Assembly: GCA_030610945.1 (NCBI GenBank)
Contig: JAUWQV010000001.1
Location: forward strand, 25,901-89,900
Direction of reading: 5' to 3'
DNA from: Methanocellales archaeon
Lineage (GTDB): Archaea; Halobacteriota; UBA148; JAUWXC01
DNA: 64,000 nt
Position numbers and translations under genes: made by a program
Shown: positions 1 to 9,167 of the stretch, piece after piece
How the letters are laid out: every line of letters begins with the position of its first letter
Numbering within the stretch: position 1 is the stretch's first letter
Notes under the pieces: model-generated
Told to the model about the DNA's origin: nothing
The model's input: the letters and a program-made list of their open reading frames with translations, nothing else
The model's database searches: none

Positions 1-1395
1 TTTTCTCAAGCAATTGATTATCTGGCTGGTCACTCGTTTGTGCTCCTCGTTAGTTTCAAACTCGATGATATCGGTCCTCAATCTTTTTGCCAGTGATGAT
101 GGTAAAATTTTCAGGGCGTCCGTGTTAAAGTAAGACATGGCATCCTCCAAGTCCTTTTCAAAATTCCTGTAAACGCCTTCAAAATACTCTATATCTTTGT
201 CACGTAGCGCGTTTATCCCCAAGATTTCTGGCGGCAGGCCGATGGAGTATAAAGAAGCGCAAAACACTATTGCCCTGGGCAGAGACATCCCTTTTATAGA
301 GCGCGAGTACCCGAAGAGACCTATGTGCAACTTCCTTCTTCTTCGTTGGGGGACGTATGTGGCTACTTGGTTAATCAAAGGAGCCAAAATCTGGACCTGC
401 TTTCTGTATTCTCTCGATACCCTCTCGACTATTTCCAGGCACCTCTCCTCATCGACGGGTACCGGTTTATCTCTTTTTCTCCTTTTAATCTCGTCGATAG
501 CTCCCTTCACGTTTTCCTCGGGATAATCATACTTGAAGGCTGATTGTACCGTAAACGTCTGTACACTGGGATATTCGCCAAGACAGTTGTCTACGTTTAT
601 CGGCTTGAAATTGCCTCTAAAAGGCGCAGAGCCTAGACCAATAATAGGTAAAATCTCCACGGAAATGTTCCCTGCAAGTTCATGAAGCCTTTGCAAGGCT
701 ATTTTATTAATTAGTATCGCACTTACAGAGCCATAATTCTCCGCAGGGTCACTCCTTGCGAGAAAGACGCGCTGATATTCAATTTTTTTGTCCTTAAGAT
801 ACTCTTTGACCATATTGTGTGCGTTGAGCATATGCTCTTTATCTTCAATTAGAGGGATTACGTTAATCTCCTTGGGCTTGAATTCACCAATCCACTCGGC
901 AATCGTAGCATCTCCCTTAAAGAATGGCTTATCCTGCTTCCCTACAACGAAATTTTTGTAATAATGGTAAATCCTATTCAAGCACTTGGGCGATGTTGTC
1001 ATGGGCAAGATTACTTCAAATATCGGCGAGATATCTTCTTGATAGAAGAGTTTGGCTACGTCAAAGGAGCGCGGAATGCTCTCCAAAGTCTCCAGCAATA
1101 TCTTTGCTTCGCTCTTCTCGAAAGTAGGATTGGGGACTCTCAACGTGAGGAATACGTCTTTTCCCAGTTTATTGGCCTTGAAGAAATGCTCATACTTCGT
1201 CAGTAGTTTTTTAACCACGAAGTTGTCAACCTCTTTCCCTTCATGGTCCCACATTTGCTCTTCACAGCCTAAATGGGAGAACGCATAGTATGCCTCTCTT
1301 ATCTCATCCTCTCCTCCGAGGATGGTATCCTCTGCAAAAAAGGGAGATGTCACATTATCTGGATGCTGTGAACTCATACATCTTGGTATTTTCAT
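1..1395 (-). CDS. ppcA: Archaeal-type phosphoenolpyruvate carboxylase (3' end runs off the window)
   Basis: Not in the ORF track. Manual translation from ATG at 1395 gives MKIPRCMSSQHPDNV; downstream motifs RVFLARSDPA, GLGSAPFRG, FTVQSAFKYD and LPRAIVFCASLYSIGLPPEILG are typical of PEPcase_2. Confidence 0.93.
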   Translation of the reverse strand, partial: MKIPRCMSSQHPDNVTSPFFAEDTILGGEDEIREAYYAFSHLGCEEQMWDHEGKEVDNFVVKKLLTKYEHFFKANKLGKDVFLTLRVPNPTFEKSEAKILLETLESIPRSFDVAKLFYQEDISPIFEVILPMTTSPKCLNRIYHYYKNFVVGKQDKPFFKGDATIAEWIGEFKPKEINVIPLIEDKEHMLNAHNMVKEYLKDKKIEYQRVFLARSDPAENYGSVSAILINKIALQRLHELAGNISVEILPIIGLGSAPFRGNFKPINVDNCLGEYPSVQTFTVQSAFKYDYPEENVKGAIDEIKRRKRDKPVPVDEERCLEIVERVSREYRKQVQILAPLINQVATYVPQRRRRKLHIGLFGYSRSIKGMSLPRAIVFCASLYSIGLPPEILGINALRDKDIEYFEGVYRNFEKDLEDAMSYFNTDALKILPSSLAKRLRTDIIEFETNEEHKRVTSQIINCLRK

Positions 1396-1476
1396 CGCAT
1401 CGCCATTCTATTCGTGAGCATTATATAGTTAATGTTGATTGAAAGGCTTAATATTCTATAAAACTATGATTGGACG

Positions 1477-2400
1477 ATGATGATCATATGGCAGCACTTA
1501 TTGCTTTTCGTCATCGGGCTCGTTTTACTGGTCAAAGGATCTGACTATCTGGTAGATGGGGCGTCGCGTTTGGCTACGGGCTTGGGCGTATCATCCATGG
1601 TCATCGGGTTGACCATCGTCGCATATGGAACATCATTACCAGAATTTGCAGTGAGCTTTGTGGCGTCTTTAGAGGGCATAGATGACATTGCCCTTGGAAA
1701 CGTAATCGGGTCAAACATAGCAAATATCTGCCTTGTTCTGGGTCTGAGCGCAGCAATACGGCCGTTGAAAGTGCACATCTCAGTCATAAAAAAAGAGATG
1801 CTCATCATGCTGGGAGCTGCTCTTGCCATGACTTTTATGTTATTGGATGGTGTGATTGATAGAATAGACGGTGTGATATTATTAATCGGACTTGTTGCAT
1901 ATCTGATTTTTTTTGTGCACGAAGCTTTTCAGGCGAATAAGACTGGCACAGCACATCAACACGCTCCTTTTTGGCGCAACGTCCTTATGACAATCTGCGG
2001 CCTGGTGATGATTGCATTAGGTGCCAGGTTGCTGGTCGACTCATCAGTGAGCATCGCTCGCCAAATAGAGGTGAGCGAGTATATAATTGGCTTGACAGTC
2101 ATCGCAATAGGGACGTCACTGCCAGAACTTGCGACGTCGGCAATGGCATCGTACAAAAATCAAAGCGACATTGCGGTGGGCAACATCATAGGAAGCGTTT
2201 CGTTTAACATACTGCTCGTTATCGGTGCGTGTGCGGTGGTACTGCCACTCGCCTTACACACGTTCATCGACTTGTATCTAATGTGCGGGGTGTGCGCACT
2301 CATACTGGTACTATTCTGGACAGGATTGACGTTGACGCGCCGGGAAGGCGTGTTGTTGTTGATTGGTTACGGCGCGTACATGGCATATCTATTTCTCTAG
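1477..2400 (+). CDS. Calcium/sodium antiporter (CaCA/YrbG family)
   Basis: Two alpha repeats, GTSLPE...GNVIGSNIAN and GTSLPE...GNIIGS, with about 10 TM segments. Confidence 0.92.
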   Translation: MMIIWQHLLLFVIGLVLLVKGSDYLVDGASRLATGLGVSSMVIGLTIVAYGTSLPEFAVSFVASLEGIDDIALGNVIGSNIANICLVLGLSAAIRPLKVHISVIKKEMLIMLGAALAMTFMLLDGVIDRIDGVILLIGLVAYLIFFVHEAFQANKTGTAHQHAPFWRNVLMTICGLVMIALGARLLVDSSVSIARQIEVSEYIIGLTVIAIGTSLPELATSAMASYKNQSDIAVGNIIGSVSFNILLVIGACAVVLPLALHTFIDLYLMCGVCALILVLFWTGLTLTRREGVLLLIGYGAYMAYLFL

Positions 2401-2474
2401 GTCTGCGACGCTAACGCTAATCTCGAATGGGCTCAACCTGATAAAACAATTAGAAATGTCTCCATTATGCAGGT

Positions 2475-2783
2475 TCACGAACTTATCTGTTCAGCTGCAA
2501 ACCCCCTACTGGTAAGTAGTCCTTTTACTCTATTTTTGTGGTTTCCCTGTAACTCTATCCTTTTGTCTTTGATTGTCCCTCCGCATGCAAGTTTTGACTT
2601 TAGGTAAGTGGAAAGTTCATTAATATCAATCTCATCGGGGTCCAATCCCTCAATGATAGTAACTGCCTTCCCGTATCTCCGGGTATCAAGTTTTACCACT
2701 ATTCTCTGCTGTTCTTTTGCAACCTCTTCGCAGATGCAAAGCTCGCTCGGCAGGCCGCAAATTGGACACATTTCTGAACTCAT
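2475..2783 (-). CDS. Translation initiation factor aIF-1 / SUI1 homolog (YciH)
   Basis: [15 protein letters not shown]-terminus; KLACGGT and IELQGNH motifs. Confidence 0.95.
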   Translation of the reverse strand: MSSEMCPICGLPSELCICEEVAKEQQRIVVKLDTRRYGKAVTIIEGLDPDEIDINELSTYLKSKLACGGTIKDKRIELQGNHKNRVKGLLTSRGFAAEQISS

Positions 2784-2866
2784 CTTTGTAAAGACCTCCA
2801 GAAGCGGTTATATAGCTTATATTAGATAAACTTATGATGTGTCACGAATACTATAATCCCGCATAA

Positions 2867-2940
2867 GGGCTCGTGGTCTAGTTGGTTATGACGTCGCCTT
2901 GACATGGCGGAGATCGCCGGTTCGAATCCGGCCGGGCCCA
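2867..2940 (+). tRNA. tRNA-Val(GAC)
   Basis: Cloverleaf with acceptor GGGCTCG/CGGGCCC, anticodon arm TCGCC-TTGACAT-GGCGG and T-loop GGTTCGAATCC; CCA not encoded. Confidence 0.96.
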
Positions 2941-2963
2941 TCAACCTTTTAAAAAAGGGTTGA
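2941..2963 (+). terminator. Inverted repeat immediately after tRNA-Val (terminator or processing hairpin)
   Basis: TCAACCTTTT-AAA-AAAGGGTTGA near-perfect inverted repeat. Confidence 0.5.
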
Positions 2964-3051
2964 TTAAAATGTGCTGCATTCGCTTCGCTCAACAGCACGA
3001 AACATATAAACTTAAAAAAGACATGAAATATTGGCTGAAAAGTGTGATTTT

Positions 3052-3125
3052 GCCCTGGTAGCTCAGCCTGGGAGAGCGTGCGGCTGAAGACCGCATTGTC
3101 CCCGGTTCAAATCCGGGTCAGGGCA
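3052..3125 (+). tRNA. tRNA-Phe(GAA)
   Basis: Acceptor GCCCTGG/TCAGGGC, anticodon arm TGCGG-CTGAAGA-CCGCA, T-loop GGTTCAAATCC. Confidence 0.96.
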
Positions 3126-3155
3126 TGCGCATTCGCTCAAACGAAGTGCAACTTT

Positions 3156-3227
3156 GCGCTGGTAGTGTAGTGGCTATCACTATGGCTTGCCAAGCCATAA
3201 ACCCGGGTTCGAATCCCGGCTAGCGCA
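3156..3227 (+). tRNA. tRNA-Gly(GCC)
   Basis: Acceptor GCGCTGG/CTAGCGC, anticodon arm ATGGC-TTGCCAA-GCCAT, T-loop GGTTCGAATCC. Confidence 0.96.
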
Positions 3228-3247
3228 TGACGAACGAAGTGAGGAAT

Positions 3248-4459
3248 CTAAAAACTATCCAGCGTTTTCTGAAATTTAAAATCATGTATAAGTTTTGCCT
3301 CTTTCTTCCATCTGTGCAGTGGAGTTCTTATTCTCGTAGCGATGTCGTTGAGTGCAGCATCGGCAGTTTCAAACCGCTTTGGCCCTTGCATCATTGCATT
3401 TCTGACTGCCTCCCTAATCACCCATACACCCAATGGCGCCCAATAATCTGGTAGAATCTCCCGCACGATAAAAATCGATGCCTGTCTTTTAATTCGCTCA
3501 AGATATTCAACAGCGCTGAGACGTGCTGCATAATATCCCCCGGTTAAAAGGGAATACGCCTTCTTGCCAGCATAACCCTCCCTGTCAGCGCCAATCCACG
3601 TGCCTTCACTTACCCATGCAGACCTCGGCATCCATATCTCTATCAACTCAAAGGAAAATGGGCGAGGGAGCAAAAGTATCTCGAAATGGTTGCCAAATTT
3701 CTGTGTGCTGAAAAGTCTGATGCCATCCAATACAGAGTGGTCCTTCACCCTTTCGATTAACTCCTTGCCAACTATATCGTCTGTAGCTGTAATTGCCCAT
3801 CTTGTTGGAACGAGTCGACGGTCATTTTTCCGCCCCAACAGCCCGACGGAAAGAAGCCGGTTAATATGATAAACTGAAATATCGCCCCCATACAACTCTA
3901 CTGCAGCATCTGTAGCCAAGACATCCGTATCAGAAACCAAGCGGTCAACTTTCCGTGGAACAGACGGGTTTTCAGTTATGCTCATATCCTTGAGTATGCC
4001 AGAAGGCCCCATTGGACTCAAGACGCCGTCAAAGCGCACCTCCATCTTAGGCGGCTTGAGAAATCTGACTTCTGTGTCAACTGGTGCAGACGCCATCGCG
4101 AGTTCTTGTGTTTTAATTAAAAGGCGATTGTCCAGCGCGCGTGGACTTCTGATATTCAACTGGGTGCTGGACCGAACGAGATTTGAGCGCAATCCGATTA
4201 CAGCATCTATTCCCTTGTCCAGCCATTGGGTAGGGTCGCCATATATTCGCGCGTCCTTGGCAGCGGTCTCTGGAGGGACCAATGGACCTGCCCTAACCTC
4301 TGGGTACCCGGCCTGCCCGACGAATACAGACGGGGGAGATGCACCAAAGATGCTGTCACCTACAGAGATGCGTTTCACTGCACCAAGTTTTGCGAGTATG
4401 GGGCAAAAAGGTCGCCCGCAGAATCCCCTGCCCTTGCATATGACGCACCGAGTTTCCAT
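3248..4459 (-). CDS. nreA: DNA repair protein NreA
   Basis: N-terminal CxxCKGRxxCGRxxCP, SPPSVFVG, RRLVPTRWAITA, GGYYAARL, and C-terminal PIP box QKTLDSF. Confidence 0.93.
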   Translation of the reverse strand: METRCVICKGRGFCGRPFCPILAKLGAVKRISVGDSIFGASPPSVFVGQAGYPEVRAGPLVPPETAAKDARIYGDPTQWLDKGIDAVIGLRSNLVRSSTQLNIRSPRALDNRLLIKTQELAMASAPVDTEVRFLKPPKMEVRFDGVLSPMGPSGILKDMSITENPSVPRKVDRLVSDTDVLATDAAVELYGGDISVYHINRLLSVGLLGRKNDRRLVPTRWAITATDDIVGKELIERVKDHSVLDGIRLFSTQKFGNHFEILLLPRPFSFELIEIWMPRSAWVSEGTWIGADREGYAGKKAYSLLTGGYYAARLSAVEYLERIKRQASIFIVREILPDYWAPLGVWVIREAVRNAMMQGPKRFETADAALNDIATRIRTPLHRWKKEAKLIHDFKFQKTLDSF

Positions 4460-4616
4460 ACATGAACTCGTTTGAATACGACAAGATATAAAAGATACGG
4501 CAACAAGATAATCGACTTGTCATTAGCTCCTATGTAATCTTATGTGTACCACCCAGAGGAAGGGTCGGGTATTGGTTAAAGTATAAAAGTATATAAGTGA
4601 AGTCATTAGTTTTAAT

Positions 4617-5459
4617 TTGATGGCATCTACTATTGACTTTGATTGTGTGTATAAGAAAATCCAATCACGAGTGGATGAATACAATAAATTAAATATATGG
4701 TTAACATGCGTCTTTGTATGTGGTTTAGTTTCTTTTTTCATCCTTTATTTCAATATTTTATTTAAATTTCTCTCCAGCTCTATATTTTTTGTTATACTAG
4801 CAGTATTTTTAATTTGTGTAATAATTGGCTTGAAAATTAAAATCAAATCTAGCAGACTAAAAATAACAAATAGATATAGAATAATCTACTACTTACAAAA
4901 TATTAAAAAAGCGATTCTTGTCGACGACTTTAGTTCTGCAAAAGCTGGCATTAGTTCTTGCGTACTATTTTTGAATGATTTGATTGAAGAATATAAATAT
5001 ACAGAGTTTACCGAGGAGATAGTAGAGAGTTTGGTCAAAATTGAGGCCATACTTAGAAACTATGCATACCCCATTATATCGGAAGATTCTCAAAAATATC
5101 CTTTAAAAGTAAGTACAATCTCTGATTATTTGGATGTGGCATCAAGGCAAATTTATCTTAACAAACTAAAAGAAGCTACAATGTTCAGCACTAAAGGCTT
5201 TGAAGAAGTCGAAGTTCCAATCAAGTCTGTTATACCGTTATCGAGATTTCGAATAGGGGCAGATAAGTTAGTAGGATATACACAAACTAATCCATCAGCT
5301 CGATATATTGGCACTTCTTTAATTGCGTTTATCGTAGTTTTTGGATTTGACATGGCACTAAAAAGGGATTTGAATGTTGTCAAATTTGACATGCTAACCA
5401 TTTTGGGTATCTCTGTAATGATCGCCACTGGTATTATGTCCTCTCGGAAAAGTAAGTAA
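4617..5459 (+). CDS. Hypothetical membrane protein (2 N-terminal + 2 C-terminal TM), AT-rich
   Basis: 280-codon ORF in visibly AT-rich DNA; hydrophobic pairs flank a helical soluble region; no recognised family. Confidence 0.7.
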   Translation: MMASTIDFDCVYKKIQSRVDEYNKLNIWLTCVFVCGLVSFFILYFNILFKFLSSSIFFVILAVFLICVIIGLKIKIKSSRLKITNRYRIIYYLQNIKKAILVDDFSSAKAGISSCVLFLNDLIEEYKYTEFTEEIVESLVKIEAILRNYAYPIISEDSQKYPLKVSTISDYLDVASRQIYLNKLKEATMFSTKGFEEVEVPIKSVIPLSRFRIGADKLVGYTQTNPSARYIGTSLIAFIVVFGFDMALKRDLNVVKFDMLTILGISVMIATGIMSSRKSK

Positions 5460-5476
5460 CTGTACTTATACTTATT

Positions 5477-5965
5477 TTACCATGAATATTGATCGATTAC
5501 GTTTCCGTTCTGATCTAGCAGTGTTACTGAATCATGAGTGTTTGCTAGGTAAAGCCCACGTGTGTATCTAGTGGGATTGTATGTTGACCCATATACTGTC
5601 CAGTATCCTCCGGGTGTTATGGTTGTCCCGCTTGGTATTATGTAAGTGCCTTCTTCATCTGTGAGTTTCCATCCGCTTATGTCTACTGTAGTGGTGCCTG
5701 TATTTTTTAGTTTAATCATTTAATCGTCTGGTTCCGGTCCAGGTGGGTCATATATAACTTGGTAGATTATCACGCTGACTGCTGGGCTGGGAGTTGGCGT
5801 AGGTGTAGGCGTAGGAGTTGCAGTAGGTGTTGGACTCAGAGTTGGAGTGGGCGTAGGTGTAGGAGTCGGCGTTGGTGTTGCTTCTGGGGTGCTGTTCTCA
5901 ACACATCCAGTGACCATCGCGACGATAAGCAGCGTTGCCAGCATCATAGTGATCTTTTTCATCAC
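5477..5965 (-). pseudogene. Lamin-tail-domain lipoprotein with PT-rich linker, interrupted by an in-frame TAA
   Basis: Lipobox VTGC, TP repeats, then IYQVIYDPPGPEPDD-[TAA 5722-5720]-MIKLKNTGTTTVDISGWKLTD...LANTHDSVTLLDQNGNVIDQYSW in the same frame, which together form an LTD pattern. Confidence 0.75.
5786..5883 (-). repeat. Hexanucleotide-period Thr-Pro coding repeat
   Basis: Degenerate ACN-CCN repeats encoding TPTPTPTP... Confidence 0.8.
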
Positions 5966-6036
5966 TTTCGCCCTCCACTCACGCCCAGTGTAAAGTCGGC
6001 TCTTTTATCAAAGGTATGATAATCTAATCCAAATAT

Positions 6037-6231
6037 CTAAATTACGACTAATATTACCCCAAAAAATATTAGTGGCAATCCAACAATCATACCAATTCCA
6101 GTAAGACTAAAAATTATTCCAGCAACAATTAAAACTGCTCCAGTCGCTTTTCTAATTGGTTCAAAGAAGAGAGACGCTAATCCACCCATAAATAACAACA
6201 TTAGCAGCAGTAATTCAGTTGGGCCTATCAT
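6037..6231 (-). CDS. Small hydrophobic membrane protein (64 aa)
   Basis: MIGPTELLLL start, GAGGA upstream, almost entirely hydrophobic, SLTGIGMIVGLPLI motif. Confidence 0.6.
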   Translation of the reverse strand: MIGPTELLLLMLLFMGGLASLFFEPIRKATGAVLIVAGIIFSLTGIGMIVGLPLIFFGVILVVI

Positions 6232-6311
6232 TAATATATCCTCATTCTCTTATTATAACCCGATGGGAATATTTAAGTTTTGTTAATGTCGTAACGTTAG
6301 CGAGTGAGTAC

Positions 6312-7097
6312 ATGGCTTTACTAGAGGTCAAGGACCTTCATGCAAAGGTGGATGGCAAGGAGATTTTAAGAGGAGTCAACCTTGAAATAGGTAAGGGGGA
6401 AGTGCATGTCCTTCTGGGCCCCAATGCATCCGGCAAGACGTCCCTGGCCCTGACGCTAATTGGAATGCCTGCGTATGAAGTAACAAAAGGCGAGATGCTT
6501 TTTGATGGAAAAAATATTATCAATTTAGATACAGCACAACGCGCGAAAAAAGGGATGAGTTTCGCTTTCCAGTTTCCGCCTGCAATTAGAGGAGTGAAAC
6601 TCCGTGATATAATCAGGCTATGCGGCGGGAAAGACCATTGGGATCCAAGCAAGGTGCCTGAGGAAAAATTTGCCACCGAGATGCTTGAAAAGGTCGGGCT
6701 GCCCCCTAATTTTAAGGACAGGGACATAAACGTTGGTTTTTCTGGCGGTGAGAGAAAAAGGTCTGAACTGGCGCAAATTCTGGCAATGAAGCCGCGATTT
6801 ATGGTTTTAGATGAGCCGGACTCTGGCGTGGATATCGACTCCCTGAAGCTGATCGGGAAACGGATAGATGAGTTTGTCAAGGAAACCAGGAGTTCGCTGC
6901 TTTTAATTACCCATTACAGGCACATCTTACAATATGTTGAGAGCGACTTTGCTCACGTAATGTGCAGGGGCAAAATAGTCGTCACAGGCAAGCCAGAAGA
7001 CATCTTATCGAGGATAGAAGAGGAAGGGTACTGTGCGTATGTTGATATCTGTCCGCCTGCGATAAAGAAAGAGGCGGAAAAGCTTATGCGTGACTGA
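6312..7097 (+). CDS. sufC: Fe-S assembly ABC ATPase SufC (SmsC type)
   Basis: Walker A GPNASGKT, VGFSGGERKRSE, LDEPDSGVD; the start is ATG 6312 rather than 6219. Confidence 0.93.
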   Translation: MALLEVKDLHAKVDGKEILRGVNLEIGKGEVHVLLGPNASGKTSLALTLIGMPAYEVTKGEMLFDGKNIINLDTAQRAKKGMSFAFQFPPAIRGVKLRDIIRLCGGKDHWDPSKVPEEKFATEMLEKVGLPPNFKDRDINVGFSGGERKRSELAQILAMKPRFMVLDEPDSGVDIDSLKLIGKRIDEFVKETRSSLLLITHYRHILQYVESDFAHVMCRGKIVVTGKPEDILSRIEEEGYCAYVDICPPAIKKEAEKLMRD

Positions 7098-7103
7098 GGT
7101 TGC

Positions 7104-8354
7104 ATGTTTCCAAAATGGTACACTGAGAAAAGAAGAGAGGCAAAAGAGCTTTTAAAAAAGGCGAAACCTGCTAAGTATGGTCTAGATGTAGACCTGAATG
7201 CCTTTAGTTTGCAGGCGCCTTCTCATGCAAAAATAAACGAACTGGCGAGCCTTGAAAAAGATGTTAGGGACGCTTCTAAGGTGGTGGGAACCAGAGACGA
7301 CGAAGAATACAGAAGTGGCACCTATTTTCAATATGACAATGATGTGGTGTACCTACAACACAACAAGTCGTTAAAAGAAAAGGGATTAGTCATTCACAGT
7401 ATAGATGATGCGGTTCAAATGTATCCCTGGCTGGAAAAATACTGGTTCAAGGAACTGCCCATGGGACTGGACAAATACACCACATATGTAGCGGCAAACT
7501 CGGTTGGTGGTGCCTTCGTCTGGGCACAGGAAGGTGCCAGAATAGAACACCCAATCCAGGCATGCCTGTTCATGGGAGCTGACAGGGCGATTCAAGCGCC
7601 ACACAACATCATCGTTGCCGAGCCCCACTCGAAGGTTCACCTGATAACCGGCTGCACCGTTCATCCCAAGTGTGAGACTGCAGCGCATGTCGCCGCAACC
7701 GAGATTTATGTCAAGGAGGGGGCAGAAGTTACCTGGTCGATGATACATTCCTGGGGAGAGAATTTTCATGTAAGACCAAGGACGGGTGCCATCGTCGAAG
7801 ATGGCGGGACTCTCATGATGAATTATGTCCTGTTATCGCCAGTTAAGTCTATCCAGATGTATCCCACTGTTGTCCTTAAAGGCAAAGGAGCAAGGGTAAG
7901 TTTCAGAAACCTGATTTTGGGCAGGGGCAAGTCAAACATCGACGTCGGCAGCGGTATTATTTTATCTGGTGAAGAAAGCAAGGGGGAGATTAACAGCAGA
8001 GCGGTCATAATGGATGAAACGACAATAGACATGAGGGGTCTGCTGCGCGGAAATAAGCCGGGCACCAAGGGGCATCTTGAGTGCAGAGGGTTGCTGTTAA
8101 GCGATAAGGCAAAAGCAAGAGCGCATCCAAATCTCGATGCCAGGACAAATGAAGCTGACCTGACCCATGAAGCGGCAGTCGGGAAGATTGCAGAAGAAGA
8201 ATTATTTTATCTCATGACCAGAGGGCTGAGCAAGGATGAAGCGACCTCCCTGATAGCAAGGGGCTTTCTTGACACGGATATCCCAGGCCTGCCGCCAGCG
8301 CTTCAGAAGGAAATTGGCAGAATAGTCTCAATGACGACAAGGGAAGTCATGTAA
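7104..8354 (+). CDS. sufB: SufB/SufD-family Fe-S scaffold (SmsB)
   Basis: PIQAC, HVRPR, GHLECRGLLL and LTHEAAVGKIAEEELFYLMTRGL motifs; follows sufC. Confidence 0.92.
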   Translation: MFPKWYTEKRREAKELLKKAKPAKYGLDVDLNAFSLQAPSHAKINELASLEKDVRDASKVVGTRDDEEYRSGTYFQYDNDVVYLQHNKSLKEKGLVIHSIDDAVQMYPWLEKYWFKELPMGLDKYTTYVAANSVGGAFVWAQEGARIEHPIQACLFMGADRAIQAPHNIIVAEPHSKVHLITGCTVHPKCETAAHVAATEIYVKEGAEVTWSMIHSWGENFHVRPRTGAIVEDGGTLMMNYVLLSPVKSIQMYPTVVLKGKGARVSFRNLILGRGKSNIDVGSGIILSGEESKGEINSRAVIMDETTIDMRGLLRGNKPGTKGHLECRGLLLSDKAKARAHPNLDARTNEADLTHEAAVGKIAEEELFYLMTRGLSKDEATSLIARGFLDTDIPGLPPALQKEIGRIVSMTTREVM

Positions 8355-9164
8355 ATAGCGCCATAATTTTGGTTGTGTAGATTTTTCCAATCCCGGGATG
8401 CCAACTGCATCAGCCCTGCACTGCTTGCAGCAGGTCAAAAGCCGCATGTGCTTTTTCACCGCCAACCTGGCAGCATCCATCTGCGCACAGCTTGGCCGCT
8501 CTTTCCCCCTGAACTCGCCCAAGGGAATCAGTGGCATGACATTCATGATGTATGCATACTTAGACGCCCATCGCGCTATCTTCTCGACTTCATGCTCGTT
8601 GATGCCCGGAATCAGCACGGTGTTTATTTTTACAGTAATGCCCAGTTCATGCGCGAGTTCAACCCCCGACTGCTGGTTCTCAAGCAGCACCTTAAAATCC
8701 CTGCTCCGCCTTCCGTCAACAGTAATCCATCTGTAGATTTTTCTGGCAGAATCCACGCTTGCGGCATTGACTGTGACCGTCAAGAAGTCCAGATTCATCT
8801 CATGAAGCGGCCTAACCTTGTCTAGCAGCAGTAGCCCGTTGGTGCTCATGCACGTTTTCAATTGGGGGAAGTGTTTCTTGATGAGCGCCAGCGTCTCAAA
8901 CGTTTGGCGATTTGCCAGAGGGTCACCTGGCCCGGCAACGGCTGCGATCATGTTACGGGGCTCTGCCTTGATAGCGCGCCTTACAACGGAGACTGCTTCC
9001 GAAGGAGATATGACCTTGAGGGTTGCACCCGGTATGCTTGGCATCCCATCAACGCAAACGCCTGCCTCACAGTATCTACACTTTATATTGCACTTAAGCG
9101 CAACCGGCAGGTGTATTCTACCAACGCGATAATGCGCCTCGTTGTCAAAGCAAGGGTGTTCCAT
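8328..9164 (-). CDS. nifB: NifB-like radical SAM protein (stand-alone domain)
   Basis: HPC, RIHLPVA, CNIKCRYC, AGPGDPLAN, TVTVN and CKQCRADAVG motifs. Confidence 0.82.
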   Translation of the reverse strand: MEHPCFDNEAHYRVGRIHLPVALKCNIKCRYCEAGVCVDGMPSIPGATLKVISPSEAVSVVRRAIKAEPRNMIAAVAGPGDPLANRQTFETLALIKKHFPQLKTCMSTNGLLLLDKVRPLHEMNLDFLTVTVNAASVDSARKIYRWITVDGRRSRDFKVLLENQQSGVELAHELGITVKINTVLIPGINEHEVEKIARWASKYAYIMNVMPLIPLGEFRGKERPSCAQMDAARLAVKKHMRLLTCCKQCRADAVGIPGLEKSTQPKLWRYLHDFPCRH

Positions 9165-9167
9165 TAT

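Noticed and set aside
197-1288. Five short plus-strand ORFs in the ORF track
   Set aside because: They are antisense shadows of ppcA, which occupies the minus strand and was missed because it runs off the window.
2867-3227. tRNA cluster as the attachment site of an integrated element
   Set aside because: No integrase, and no duplicated tRNA 3' end noticed in the window.
5720-5722. Pyrrolysine or selenocysteine read-through in the LTD gene
   Set aside because: The codon is TAA, not TAG or TGA.
5786-5883. Repeat array as a CRISPR or VNTR element
   Set aside because: It is a degenerate Thr-Pro coding linker with no repeat-spacer structure.
8328-9164. Evidence for nitrogen fixation
   Set aside because: No nifH/D/K/E/N in the window; NifB-like and NifX-fold proteins alone are insufficient.
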